Of a DNA stretch of 64,000 nt, positions 1 through 15,081 are shown piece by piece. A program made the position numbers and the translations under genes. The notes under the pieces were generated by a model. That model saw only the letters and a program-made list of their open reading frames with translations, was not told the DNA's origin and ran no database searches. Source of the stretch: Lytechinus pictus. Its lineage: Eukaryota. Position 1 is the first letter of the stretch; every line of letters starts with the position of its first letter. The stretch lies in contig NC_087251.1 of the NCBI RefSeq assembly GCF_037042905.1, positions 36,892,001-36,956,000 of the forward strand, written 5' to 3'.

Positions 1-664
1 TGGAAGTTTACTCATTGTGGTTGTGTGATTGTTACTGTTGCTTATATGTTATTTGTTTTTTATTGTGCAGGGCCCCTTGGTAGAGCAGTTTTGTAATTGA
101 AAGGGCTACCCTGTTGAAATAAAACGGAAATAAATAAATCTTGTATTAATTTAATATTCGGATATTGAAAGCGACAGCCAATTCTTTTGTGGGTAGGAGA
201 GACAAAAAGAAAAACAGAGAGGATGAAAGAGATAGGGGAGAATTGGATTGCGACTGCAGTCATTAAAAGTTTTGAAAAAGACGACGCAACAGCATCATTC
301 AAATTAGAAATATATTCTGCATTTATTGAATATTATTTTTAGTACAAGGCAACCACCATTCCAAAATTGCCAGTGTATTTATACAGCTCTAGATTTGTAA
401 TAGTCATCTTTCATTATTGTTAGGTGTATTAATATACATGAAAAAGAATAAACATAATACCCAAGACGAGAATAAGAACAAATCTTTTGCCATCTGCTCA
501 GCTGACATTTTTTGACATTCATGTTCATGTCCTGTCGGTTATGATGTGTGTGTCTTTCTAAGATGTGAATACCATGCCTCAACACAGATCATAATGGACT
601 ATGACGTGTATTCGGAGAGAAAGGATGCCCCTAGATGACGTATTACGGCCAGGCTTGTTGAGTC

Positions 665-782
665 TAATGATACATTCACACCAACGATACCGACTCCAAA
701 TCGACCGATAATATGCCATTGGTAATAAAATTATAGCTTTGATCGGTCTGGAATCGGCTTTGTTGGTGTGACTAGTGCATTA
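665..782. repeat. ~115-bp hairpin MITE family; further copies ~2209-2299, 19391-19504, 27388-27503, 33873-33995, 34005-34113
   Basis: Shared cagtcacaccaacgaaaccgactccaaaccgaccgat ... atcggtc...gttggtgtgactg foldback. Confidence 0.7.
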
Positions 783-899
783 GAACTTGTTGAGACATGG
801 TGCGTCAAACATCGCTACATCAATATAACATAAGCAACATTACAATGCAGAAAGCCAACGGGGCATGATCTTACATCATAGATGTCCAGACAGGGTCAT

Positions 900-1083
900 G
901 GTGGGTGTTTCATAAAGTTGTTCGTTAGTTAAGAGTGACTTAAACAACGACTGGTGATCATTTCATGTGATAAAAATATTCACCATTAAATGTTCATTGG
1001 GGATTATCTAGCGCGTAAGAAGGGTTCACCATTCGTTCTTAAAGTCGCTCTTAACTTACGAACAGCTTTATGAAACACTCACC
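900..1083. mobile_element. Foldback MITE; second copy at ~14270-14425
   Basis: gggtgtttcataaag(t/c)tgttcgt(t/a)agttaaga ... tcttaacttacgaacagctttatgaaac in both copies. Confidence 0.7.
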
Positions 1084-4000
1084 AACTTTATAAAAACTTT
1101 TTATAGTAACAAGATGCACACTTTCTATAAAATCGTGTCGAATGATTTCAATAGCTTTAAACTGGTATTGCAATTTTTAATATTATAACAAGTTTTGCGA
1201 AACGAATCCAGGACAATGTTAATTCTGCCGTGTGGACAAGTTACAATTATTTTTGGAAAGAGGTGTTATATAAATATACTAATGTCATGTGTTTGTTTGC
1301 AGAACGTGTGAAAATAGACCAAAGATGTAATTTATTGAGAGTAACGAGGTGTATTACCATGATTATGCGATTTCATTAATATAAGTGGAGATGTTTATCG
1401 CGCCATGACTCAATAGTCCCTTAGCCTACATTTCGGATGCGTGATGGAAATTCTGATAATTACCGCGCAAGAAATTTCGCAAAACCCCGAAGCGAGCAAG
1501 AAATATGTACCTTTCTTAAAATAAAAATCTAATTGTAAAAAAAAGGTTAATTGTGACATAATATCCAGATAATTATTTCTTATTACCATTTCCCTTTAGT
1601 CTTATTAATTAACCAGTGACTTTTCTATTTCTCAGTCGAGGAACATTATTTATCTTTGGGGGGCAACTGCCCCAAGCCCCCATCTGAAGACAGGAAGCTA
1701 CCAATAAACATCTGTCCTAGAAATTTTAAAATCGTACAATCCTCATTAAAAGTAATGTACGAATCAGTCTAATGTACTTATGTATCAGTGGCATTAACAT
1801 CCCGTAATATAGAACTTGAAATGAATCACAGTCGTCGTAAAATGTCAAAGGCCTTATCACGGATCTTTAGTGCAGACATTCTCCGTGCCCACAGCGCACA
1901 GTTTCTGCGTTACCGTGAAAGCCAGTTGTCGAATTTATTGTAAGACATGAAACAGCACACTTAAACTAGGCGACAGAACGGTGCCTCAAGATAGGCCTTC
2001 TTCGACATATGGATAGATTAGCATCACCAGAATTATCACGCGCGTTCATTCGGAAAATCGGTCATCCTTGTTAATCAGATCTGTTTCAAATTGGTCTCTA
2101 GCTGTAAAAGCATAGCGTCGTGAAAGAGGTCCATGGAAGAAGGTGAAGTGTGGGTTGGTGGAAGAGACATGGTCGCCAAAACTTCGCAAATGTTAATGCT
2201 TCAGCCACGCAGTCACACCTACGAAACGGACTCTAGACTGACATAATTACAAATGGAATATCATCGGTCGGTTTGGAGTCGATTTCGTTGGTGTAACTGA
2301 CACAAGCCACCATATATCATTTTGGGATTAGTGCATTAGTGGTGTTTACACGAAGACATGTCTTGTTAACTTCCAGAACACGTATCTAATTGACATCTCT
2401 GTAAAGAAACATGTCTTAACCTTCTCAAGACTCTTATACGTGGAAACAAAAGTAACCCGTTCGTGACTTGACTTTAAAGTCATTTTCGAGCTGTTCTTCC
2501 ATGTGGATAAAATAAGCTTAGGTGGGGTAGAAGGATGTACAGTCTGATAGGATAGTGTGCAAATTATACAGTCTATAGCATAGGCATACTGTGGTATAGT
2601 TCAAATGTGACGACGTTTGTCTTGCGACTCTGTAGGCCAACCTTTCACTCTTCTACACACGGTTGTAAATGTCACTTCGAAAGCACCCAAGTATTAAAAA
2701 GAAAATCCAAGGCAAGACAAATATTTTCTCCTGAGCCTTTTCATCTTGTTTGTTTTAGATGATAGTAATAAGACAATGCTTGTGTGAAGAATAACCCTTA
2801 TAACATTCGTTTGAGTAATGTAGGCCTACACCGAATAACTGGTTAAACTTCAAGCATTTCGTGTGTCACAACGAAAAGATTTTATTCATGTCCAATGTCA
2901 ATTCCTGTATCTGGAAAGAGAGTCTGCATGACGAATCTTCTAGCATTATTACAAAGTGACGTTTTGGGACATAATAAATATTTCATATAGACCACCTTAC
3001 TTTATTTCTGTGTACCAATGTTTACTCTTTAATCCAAAACGCAGATAAAAGCATCAGAATAAATATTTGGTCGTGTCATTATAATTAGTCCCGATCATCT
3101 ATTAAGAAAGAGAGTATATCAATCAAGCTTTGATTAAGTGTAACCCTGTGACCAATTGCATTCCTTCTGTCTAATCTTGGAACTGTTGTCCTCCTGAGAA
3201 ACACATTAGACCGGCCCTTTCATGGTCGGCTTTTGATAGAAACTTAAATAACCTCTCTTGATTAAGTGTCTTGTTTGTTAATTGCATTCGCTTTCCCCCC
3301 CCCCCCCTTCTCTCTCTCCCCCTCCACTCTCTCCCTCTCGCACTCATTGTCTCTCCATTTGTCTGACCCTTTCTCTCCCTTTCTCTCTATTTACTGTGAC
3401 ATCTGAATTAATGAAACGAGAATCAGAAGTCAAAATCTAAACTGAATTTTCATTTATCCAAAAGCAACGCGTTCGTGTAACAAAACAAATAAACAAGGAT
3501 GATGGTACTAAATTGAGTTTTAGGCCTATAATGTTGATCCCAATTCTGGGTTTGCCTATAAGTGTAACACTCCCACCACACCCTGGGTAGGTAAATGTTT
3601 GAAAGAGGGCATAACTGGATTTTGAAATCCCCTTTTGGGCTTTGATATTGAGTTAGAATCGGATTATACCAATGCAATTTCAGAAATCAGTCTTCAGGAA
3701 GGACTGAATGTGGATACCCTTGGCAAAGATTATGAATATTACCACATTTTCTCATTAGCAAATCACTTATATATATTGACAAGGAATGTATGAAGCCAGT
3801 GTGATATCCCATTGATAATTACCAGGTACATGCAAGTAAGATCATTACCATCCTCATGCAACGAAGCTTAGTTTGTCACTCATGCAATAAATTTTCATTT
3901 CGCAAATGGGCGTTGAATGATATCACGCCCGATGAACAATACTGCATTGAAACGTCTTCTCTCTTGATAAATTATACTTGACTGGGAGATGGGTATTCAA

Positions 4001-7000
4001 GAAGCTAATTTTCCATCATATTTGCAATGCTAGGATTATATAGTCTAAATATTACCCAGTAATTATTATGTGAGTGCGTTTATGTGCTGGTTGTGTGTGT
4101 ATGTTTCTTTCCTTTTCTCACCATTTTTTTCTTTTACCCACACTCTTTACCTTACCCACATCCTTACATACATATAAACACACACCTTCACATATACATA
4201 AACACACACGCACACCCTCATATCATCTTTAAAAAAAATCATCAGAATTTCAGAAAACAGGTCTTACATGACACACATCCTCACCCTCGTACACACTTTC
4301 ATTCTCTGTGGACTCCGAACAATATAACATTAATTGGTAAATTGTTCTATAGAAATGAAAGACTTAAATTCAGGGCTGTGGATGAATGAATACTTGTCAT
4401 TATATTAACCTTTTCTCATGTTTGTCTGCCTATTTTAAAAAAATAAAAGCTTTTGGCTAAACAAGCTCGATTTGTCTTCTTTTATTCAACATGTCTGAAT
4501 GTACATGTACACCAAGAACATCCGATAATTTATGGCAAATGAACATACTAATGAACTAACCACAAGAAAAAATGTTTTTATGCAATAGTTAATGGATGAA
4601 AGTGAATAAATAATGCCGACACGTGTCAGTGTTGTGTTTTATCAGTTTCTTCGCTTTGCAAATTTTCCAAATCTTTTTGATAATTCAGAAGTTTTATTGA
4701 GGAAGGAGGATAATAATAAAATGAAATAGTATCAGCAAAAAATGGTATATTAGGAAAGGGAAGTCAGCAGTATACTCTAAACCATTGAAGCTAAATCAAT
4801 TTATCTGTCATTAGAAATCCTCACCAATTTTTGTGTCAGCCAAATACACCAAAGAGTGACGGGGTGGATGTATTACACAGAGTGGATAATGGTCATGTTC
4901 GACTATTGTCATCGCATACATTGATCATGTCTTTACGCAGCGCTAAATTGAATATGATCGTTCGCTCATAACTCATTATAGATTCAATTATTAACATGCT
5001 TGGCGTCTGTCAAGGAACGAACTTGAAGGGTATTCAAAATGGTTGCTAATCGGCATGCATCTATACGCATATGTAATGATAAATGATGAATAAAAATACA
5101 ATATATTCATGTGAACATCACAGAGCGTATCAATAACATTAATCTTTCAGATAATTTATTATTTATTATATAAGATACTTACAAACAAAAATCGATCTAC
5201 TTATCTTTTATACAAATATTCAAAATGGCGGCTTATCGGCATCAACAGGCATGTAAGAGTTCTGATGATAATAAATGTTAGCTGTTTTGTGGGACAAAGT
5301 TTTATGAGCAACCGCCGTCTGTTATGATAGATGATGAATAGAACTGCAATAAATGATCGATAAAATTAATCTTTCAAAATTAATTCATGGCACTTATTGT
5401 GTAACATACTTATAAACACAAATCGATCAACTTAATATTTTTTCCTATGCTTTGTCATAGTGTGCAGTGATGAAAAAAATAGACCAGAACATTAACAAAC
5501 AACTAAACTGAATACTAGTAGGCCTATATTAAATTTAGATACTTATATTCATTCGTTGCGATGCATTTATATATTGGCTGAGATAGAAACTGTCAGGAAA
5601 ATAGCCGTAGGCCTACTGATTGCTAGCTATTTTATTCTCGCATTGAAAAATATACCAGCATAAATAGATGTTTTATGTATTACATATTCTTGCGATATTT
5701 TTATAAAAAAATGTTTCCAGGGTAAAAATAACCTGAGACTACCAGCAGAATTTACGCCATGGTTTCATGTAAAGTATTCGATGGATATCATTAATGTTTA
5801 TCATCAAGCTATCTCAAGTATTCTCATAACAGAATCATAACCAGATTACATCAATGATGAGCGCCTATAGTTTCTTTAAAGTTCAAAAGCCTCTGATGGA
5901 ATAATGTAAAGAAATTCTATTCACCTTTCGAGAAATATGAGATTCGGATCACAAAAATGTTGTTTTAAATCAATGCGATTTCATTTCAATACTCTGCGAT
6001 ATAGGTATTTCAGATAATGGCATGTTCAAAGGGTTATGGGAAAATTTTGGAAGAATACATGTTCAAAAGATCTTTATATTTACAGCAGACAAAAAACTGT
6101 GGTAGGTTAAATGTCCTCCATAGAAATTAAGTAGAGCATAATAATTGGAACGTTTGAATAGTAAACATGACTTGCTGTTGCACATTGTCAACAACGCCCA
6201 AAATATTCGAATGCCTACAGACATAATCTTTAGACCGCACAATAAATTCTGGTATTATTCAAGGTTACATCAATATTAACATCTAATTGTTTCACTTCTC
6301 CTATTGATAAGCGAACGTGCGAATGATCAATTCATCCAAATTAAACCTCATGGTCATTATCATAATAATATTGCAAGTTCGTACGGTACATGGCGCCCAG
6401 TAATAATTAAGGCTAAGGCCTATGCCCGGTATGGGCAAATAAAGGTGATTTTGATATCAGGTATGTGATCGTGGGTGTAGCATTTAGAGTTCGGGTAAAT
6501 TCAAACGCTATGTGAAAATGAATATAGCAAATATATTTTTTCCAATGAAGTCAAGTAAAAAAATCTAATGTATTATGTTTTGAGTGTTGTTTGTGTATAT
6601 GCTATCGGGTCATGCGTTCCTAGCCGTGTGGGTGTGCATAAGAAATTAGGCCTGAATGGTGTGTGTGTGTGTGTGGGGGTGTGTGTGTGCAGGATGTGTG
6701 AGGGTGTGTGAGATTATTCATACAACATCAGGCCTGGGATGTGTGGGGTGTGGGTGTATGAGGATGTGTATAGGACACCGAGCCTGGATGTTTGTGTGGA
6801 AGTGGGTGTGCATAGGACATTAGGTCTGCATTATATGTGTTGTGGGTGTGTGTGTTTGTGTATGTGTGAGGTATTACATATGGATTGTGCGTGGGGTATG
6901 AGGGGCGTGTTTGTGAGAGTGTGCATGCATATTACACTAGGCTTTGGATGTGTATGCTCATGTGGTTATCGTAAACTTGGTATAAAACTATAAGACTATA

Positions 7001-8989
7001 ATAAAAAACATGAAAACAAGATCCCTCTATATTAATGTACACACACGCGTGTACACGCCTATGCCCATGCTTGAGAATATAAATTAAGCAACCTAACCAA
7101 ATCATGAAATGTGTGTTTTTACAGGGATAATTATATGAATTCATAGCATAATATTATTATAAAAATGGCAAATTTGCTCTTGTGACTAACGAATGGTAAA
7201 AACATAAATTTGGCTCTCGGTCTTTGCGTATTATGAATATTTGTTTTAAATCGAATTCATCCAATTATGTTTCTCCCAGTGGCTTATAATAAGTCTTTGC
7301 CGTGAGCAGATGACTAGCAACAGGTTTTGTATTTACACAGCAGGTCATATAGAAGAATCATTTTCCAATATTAACCTGCCTTCATTAGTTGGCGTGAGGT
7401 GCTGCGGAGAGCAGGTGTATTTCACTGGCACTTAAGTCGTATACGGTGGGTAGTATTACACCTTGCGATGGTTATATCGCCAGTTATTGGAGCTCTCTCT
7501 TGCTATATAGAGGACAGGGTGTTTCAAGATGATGACGTTAATATTTACCTATCTAAACCGTAATTTTTTTCAAAGCGAATTTTATTTATTTATCATTTAC
7601 TGATGTCAAAGAAATTCAATGTTTTAAGAACAGATTGTTGATAATGAATTTATTGTTCACGTTATACCATTGTTAAATGGAATATCTCTAGAGGCGTACT
7701 GTGATCAGAACTACATGGTTATATTTATGATAACATAATTCATTGACCTTTTAATTATAGTCATGAGGCGATAAAAGTCATGAAATTGTTCGAAAGGTTG
7801 CGCCGGAGAGAGTTAAAATGCATAAACACCATGCAGTAGGTGTATTTGAGCCCCTCGCAGTTGCGACAATTGTAAATGTATTCAACAACCATCCTGGGGC
7901 CTAAATGTAAGCTGAATGGGGCCCCCTTCTCCAAAAAGGTAACCAATTGAAAATATGTCTCGTATTTTATCCCCTGCTTGGGGTATGCATGAAACCATGA
8001 ATTATTGACCAAATTTGACTCTCTTCAGACCTGGCCATGTGATGGTCTATTGATGACATTTTACATTTTTAATGATTTTAGAATATTTTTTTTTGTTTTT
8101 CATTAAAAATTCAACATAGAAACTGTTCATGATTATACGTAAGCCAGCAAAAAGCGTGAATTCATTTTCTCTTTGTAATGTGTGAACATTTATCTCAACA
8201 ATTTTTTGCGTAGATTAGTTAACCTGTAACCGGTGATTGCAGTTTAAAAAAAAAGTCGCTGAAGGAAATTCTCCCTCATTTCATGATTACTGAAACTATT
8301 TCCCGAACATTGTGATATAGGCCAAGTCGCGTACCTACAAAGAACATTGTCAGCTATAGAGGGGCAGACATTTTCCGAAGAGCCGAACAAAAAAAAAATC
8401 AAAATTCTATCAGTGGGCACTTTGCCCCAATCCCTTCCGCCATTACAATTTGCAAGCATATTAATTCAATATTAACTAATCGTATTTGCCTGAATGTGCT
8501 CACAATCCAGTATTATTTCCATACACAACGACTGAATACTATTTTCTTATACCGTCTAACCCCCTTTTAATATGACCTCAAGTGTAATGCATTACGTGAC
8601 TTGTTAAAATGAATTTTGAAACCAATCGAGTGTTAACTCATTGGGAGCAGGTGGTTTGGCTAATACAGTGGTATTGTTACCAAGATTATGTTTCCTTTTA
8701 ATTGATGAATGTGTCTGACCTATATAACTATGCACCCAGTGTTTTATTACTATTGTTTGGGTTCCAAGGCGAGTAATCAAAATAATTTAAAAAAGATCCC
8801 GGTATAAAAATGTACATTTTTTTGGTGTACTTTTACAGTGCCTTGTGTTTTAGTGCATTAAGTGCTTGGGAGAGTGCGTTCGAGGTGTAAGATTGGTCAG
8901 GGAAAATGAAAATGGTAAATATTCCTCCATCACAGCAATGGCATTAAAATGTTTATGTATCACGATCTATGAATAATAGGGAGATTTAT

Positions 8990-9595
8990 GGGACCCGTTG
9001 CATAAAAGTTACTATTATATAAATTTTGCCATTCAATGGTAACTTCCATGAAATCTTTGACTTTGATTGGCTGTTGAGTAACGTTACTATGGTAGAGAAG
9101 CGTATCCTCTTCAAAATCCCCGTCATAACATTCAAGAGCATCCAAGGAAAGTCCCCTTCATACATCGCGAGCATGATCAACACCTACCAACCCTTCCAAT
9201 CACTTCGGTCATCCAACAAGAATCTTTTAGTTGTTCCCAAGGCAACCTCCCACATCCATGGCGACAGAGCCTTTTTCAGTTGTGGCTCCAACACTCTGGA
9301 ACTCCTTTAAACGAGCTCTTAAGACATATCTCTTCTGTAAATAGTATGATTTTTACAGTTAATATGTCCATAGTTAAGTTGGTATTTTAGATATGTAAGG
9401 TAGTTACGTTTGATGTTTAGTTATGGAAGGTAGTTAAGTTGATAAGTGAGTTTATTTTATTAAGTTAAGTAGTTAGGTTTCGTGATGTAAAGCGCTTAGA
9501 TAAATTTTGATAGGCGCTATATAGATATTTAATTATTATTATTATAGTTACCATTGGATGGCAAAGTTATAATTTTAACTTTTATGCAACGGACC
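8990..9595. mobile_element. MITE (ccgttgcataaaagtta termini) split by the L2 insertion
   Basis: Left ggacccgttgcataaaagtta...tttgccattcaatggtaact and right agttaccattggatggcaaa...taacttttatgcaacggacc are inverted repeats. Confidence 0.7.
9096..9544 (+). mobile_element. 5'-truncated L2/CR1-group LINE 3' end, inserted inside a MITE
   Basis: RILFKIPVITFKSIQGKSPSYIASMINTYQPFQSLRSSNKNLLVVP...GDRAF resembles the L2 ORF2 C-terminus; tail tgtaaagcgcttaga...ggcgctatata...(att)n. Confidence 0.8.
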
Positions 9596-12500
9596 GCTAT
9601 CAATTTTGATACAGATAACCAATGACTATGGTTTGATCTTTATTCAATATTTTATCAGTATTGATGATCTTCAAGGGCTCTCATTAGTACGGTTTTCCAA
9701 ACGATCATTACGGGTCACTCCACTGAGTGGCATCAGGTGTGTGTTTAGTCCTTGATAAGGCTGCTTTGATGAAGGTAGATTTAAGTTCATTTGTTTTTTC
9801 TCAGATAATTTTGTACCATAGACCCAACACTATGTTGGGTCTATCAAGTCGACATATCAACTTGGCATATCAAGTGTACCTGATATGCCAAGTTGGGGGA
9901 AATGATGCTTTTGACTACTTCCAACATCGTCAAACACTTTTAAATTTCACTTCCTTTTCTATTAACTTGCTCCTCTTCCCTCTCTGACATGTGTGTCTAT
10001 CTTCACCGCACGGACATACAACGTACACACACACACACACACACTCTCTCTCTCTCTCTTATTTCATCTCTTCCTTTCTCTAACTTGCCCATCTCTGTCT
10101 CCATCTTTCTAATCATACACAAACCCACACGCACACCCACCCAAACACTCACTTCCTCTCTCTTCTCTCTCCATATATATTCTCCCTTATCCCTCTCTTC
10201 TCCCCCCCTCCCCATCTTTCCTCCCTCCTCTATCTCTTTCTCTCTCTCTCTCTGCTTCTCCATACCCCCTCTCTTCTCTATTCTACGATCAACCTCCTAT
10301 GGCTGACCTTACCTGTCAATGCTCTTGAACCTGGTTTGTCTATCGAAACGAGCAGACGATAAACATAGGCCTATCTCACATATTTGGCGGGAATGGCATT
10401 TCATGCTAATGAATGTTACGCCAGCCGAGGACAGCTCTCATAAAGGAGGGCTTTGGTGAAGCATCAGGCCTCAAGATAATGCGCAGGTCCCGCCGGGAAA
10501 TGAATTTACGACTGAGGGGGTAATGTGTTCATCCCTGAAAGGCATTCGGGTTTCCATTTTGTCTTTATATTCGGGCTGGTTATTCCCTACATTGTACTGG
10601 TAGGCCTATATACTTTCAATTTTGTCCGAGGGATGTGCTGTTTTATCTAGAGTGTAAAATACGGGTGAGACGGCATCAGGGTCGGGCCTGTGCAAGGCTA
10701 GGCTGATAAAGAGGATAAATTGAGAGTCAGGGGACTTCTTTCCCATCAGTGTAATGCAGCCACGATAAAGCACTCATGGAAACCGAAAAGAACCAAAGCC
10801 TTGAGAGCTATTAAATGTGTTCAAAATTTGGCTTTAATACGGCCTACACCCCTGGCGCCACTTTCCGTCAAATATGCCTACACTCTAGGTGTTGTGTTGG
10901 TGAACCGTTGTGTTTATCTCCTTTGCTCATTATTTTGTTTGATTCGATATGAATTCACACATTTCCGGTTTATGGTTATTTCTATCATTTTCTTTAAGCA
11001 CTATGTCTGCAGAACACAGTAATTAAAACTCATTTATTTAGAAGCATATATATAAGTGGGTCTACAATTAACATTAATTATCCTGTATCACGATGTCAGG
11101 TAGCATGTACTCTACCCATCATTAAGTTCACAGAAAAACGACAATTTTGAACGAAAATTTAGATGATGCCTTCAGTCTACTCATGACAACACTTGGAACG
11201 GGCGATGAAGGGGGGGGGGGAATGGCCATGTGTAAAAGATGAATTAGATTTTCCCTATTACCATTATACTAAAGCAGTGGCACATGGCTAAAATTTAACA
11301 ACTTTTCAACTGCAACATTTCATGTTTTGTAACAAACATTGCATCATGTCATCAAGCTGTCTATAATTGCATAGAACAAGATAAAATGGGCGATATATTG
11401 TCGGCGTTTCAAAAACACATTCGATAAAAAGGCCAATATTCTTTTTCATTGAAAAATATATAATATACCAGTTTATCGAAATTGACACAATCTTAATGAA
11501 ATCTGTATACTAGCCGACAAGGGAATATGACTTGTAGTCATTCGCAAAGTAAGGACTTGGCTATGATCCAGTGAAATATTCTTACCTGTTAACATTTTGG
11601 GTTGTTTATTTTTTATTCTAAAAGTAAATCACTTTGAAAGATGGGGGTCACCGGCCTCGGTTTTTATAATGAAGTGCTATCAAAATAGAGCGTTGATTAT
11701 TCTAGTATCGTAGCTGTAATGTAAGTGGATTATGAAGAGCAGCTGGGATTGGAGCTGGGTATATTAAGATATACAGTTGGTATGCCAAGACTTGTAAGAA
11801 GTGGGACAAGGCTGTCATTTATTAGTGCTGTAAAAACCACGCAAAAATTATCTCAGATAGTGCGCTGACCTGTATGCTGCTAAAGCATGTCTTGATTGCA
11901 GTGTACTTTTACAGCTTACATTTATGATTGTTGAATAAAATATGCATAGTATGTTTTAAGTTGGTGTGATTTTATAGTTTACATGCAAGAAGGTTGAAGT
12001 TAGTCAATCAGTAATACAAAAGCAGCGCCATTTATATCCTTGTTATAACATCTTTGTTCATTTCAAGACAAATTGCGAATTATTTCCCTCTTTTGCTATC
12101 TTAAATTATGGTATGAGTCTGAAAAGTAGCAACTGATAAAATACTTTGGGAAAACATTGATGAAGTTTCGGGTGAAGGAACGTCCCGACTTGCTTTGATC
12201 TTGAGGATGTGCTCTACAAAAAAGTAACAAGTTTCAAGTTTTCTTGTCAATTGAAATTCATCACATTCGCAGAGGCTTTACATGCAAAGAGAAAAAAACA
12301 TGTAAATCCATCTTCTTGTGATGCCTTTATCATATTTTCTCGACAAGTCTAATAATCTTTAATCAATGCTCATATCTGTAGACTATGTTCAACATACAAT
12401 CCTTTATTTCAACTACCGTATCTGTCTGTCTGCCATATGGCACATTGGAAGTCGAACATCTTTCAATCTCTGGCAGCGAGACATGACCTGATGTTACATG

Positions 12501-15081
12501 AGAACCCGTCAAGATGCAGTTATCAGATTCAATTATTTCAGACTCCCGACAGATTCCAAGAACACTATACCATCTATTGCGTTCTAACATCACTTTCATC
12601 GACATCCAAGGATGAACAATGATTTCTAAACCATGTGGCAATGACATTGACATGATCAGATCACATAATGTTGTCATATCTTTGCATGGCAAATATGTTA
12701 TTCTTGAATCATGAATAGCATCTCCAAGCGTCGATTGTGAAATGGATACCTATACCAATAATGAAAGAGCCAGGTGCTCTGTCTGTATGAAAATATGAAT
12801 GTAACACAGGAGCTATATAACAAGAAAATTATTCCTCGAAACTCAAGAGTCACTTCTTATAATTTAAACTTTCCGCAATGGTTAAGATAAATAAAGCGGA
12901 AAGAAGTCCTCAAGAAAGCGAGAGGGTCGAATGGAATAGATAAAATGTATTTTAGGTCGTCAGTTCGCAGTGTGTTAAAAGCTTACCTACAGAGGCCTAC
13001 ATGTAGATTAAATCCCTGAATAATTTGACAAAGATATTAAAGCATTTCGGAGAAAGTGCCCATAAATATTCAAGATATATTACTATAATAGTGTCTTTCA
13101 CCCATAGATGTATACATATACGATTTGGTTTCGTTTTATAAGGTACAGGTAAGGTATAATATCTTTAAGCATGCTTATTATTTTTGAAATCCAGTATCGA
13201 GGTCGCACATTCCTCTCAAGATTCAGGTTACCACGTGAACTGAGTTATTTTTGACGTTTCCGTCAATCACATGACCCAACCCACGTGTTATTCTAAAATG
13301 GATGAGTGTCAGGTTTACAGAGCGTCTTAACATCTAAAAATACTATTTTTGTTGCACCCTCGCCGATCCAATGCACCCTTGCGCCCTTAGGGGTTTCCTT
13401 ACACGGGTGTCGCAGCCGAATTGAGGGTGAAATATTGCTTTCATAGCTTTACTTATCGTGACGTCATTGTTTAATATACTTTCCTGGGTAATAAACGGGG
13501 TTCTCAGCTATACTTTCTTATCGTGATGATATAGCGCACTCCGCTCTCACACGCCATCTTGAAGTTATGGATGGGTTAGGTAAACAACATAAATTGCTTT
13601 GTAGCTTGCTAAGGATTTAGGAGCACGGATAAAGTTGACAGATTTACATGATCACACTCTGGGAATGCTTTAAGTAATGCTGCATAGGTCTATGCTTTCT
13701 AGGATTTTTAATTTTGAATATGCCCTATTGCCCAAATTTTTAATAAATTTACCACTTTTTGTCAAAAATTATGAAAATGATATCGAGTTGCAAATGAACT
13801 TTACATTTCGAGACAATGGTAGTCGATTGTATATTGATTACAATATCGTTATCTATTCGATGGCTACCATTAAAGATCCCCCCGTCTTACGCTTTGAGTT
13901 AGCAATGAAAATAATGAACTTCTTCAAAGAAGTAGATAAGTAGCATTAAACCTGTATTTTGGGTATACTAACACGCACAAAAACGGGCTTCTGGCGCCAT
14001 TCCGTTACGGGTCATATAAATCGCTTGACATTAGGTCCTTATTAGCGACTATTTCTGGTCAATCGCAATACTGTCACATCAAAATCTATCACAACGGACC
14101 TTACTTTGGATTTGCGTGTCATTACTGACCCGAAACGGGATGTGACGTGACACATACTGACCCGGGATTTTGTTTTAACAAAGAGCAGAAGGGTCTCTGT
14201 CCCTATACTTGATCCCTAGCAATGATAGAACCGTCAACATGGAAACAACTTTCTAAATAGTGACCTGATGGGTGTTTCATAAAGCTGTTCGTAAGTTAAG
14301 AACGACTGGCGAACCTTTCTTACGCGCAAAATAATCACCAATGAACATTTATTGGCGAGTATCATTTACCACGATAAAGGATCACCAGTCGTTCTTAACT
14401 TACGAACAGCTTTATGAAACGGCCCCCTGAATCATTAACTGAACACCAGTACCTTTGTCCTCAGAGACGTGCAACATCGCCACCTTCACAACTAACCCTG
14501 ACAAAGTATCAAGAAATCTTTCGCCGCTGTTTATATGCAAAAACGCCATCCATACTACCATTACCACCATCATATATATTAGTACTATGAAAACATGGAG
14601 AAAGGGGTTGTTAATACAACTCTTAGAAAAATGATGTTGATTGCATCCTTTTCTTCTCGCGATTGGAACCTTATACGGTTGTTTAAAGAATCTGAAAATT
14701 AACATATCAGGATAAATAAAAACAAGTCTTTATCCAATATTAATCAACATCTCTACCTGTATTGGACTACTATTATGTTTCATTAGTTAAATCATTTTAC
14801 AAAAAGGAATGTCTTCAAAAGGGTTGGATACAGAAACAGAAATGGATTTTAAAGCAGTGTCTGCCTAACAATATCAGACAAGTTCTTCCGATACTCAACA
14901 GAGGACATTTTGAAAGAACTGGCACCGTAGAGAAGAAGAATAATATTTTGAAATTACCCAAAGAGATTTGTTGTTTGGTCTTAATTTCAATGAGGAACCT
15001 ACTGGGTTTGGGGGGTAAGAGTGGAACAAACCTCATTGACCAACTCTGCTTAATATTGCCCATCTCTGTTTCCATTTTCAG

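Noticed and set aside
12742..13312. Candidate bestrophin start exons (MDTYTNNERA at 12742, MYTYTIWF at 13108, MTQPTCYSKMDECQ at 13271)
   Set aside because: The first two end in the wrong splice phase; the third has a weak donor and no resemblance to the bestrophin N-terminus
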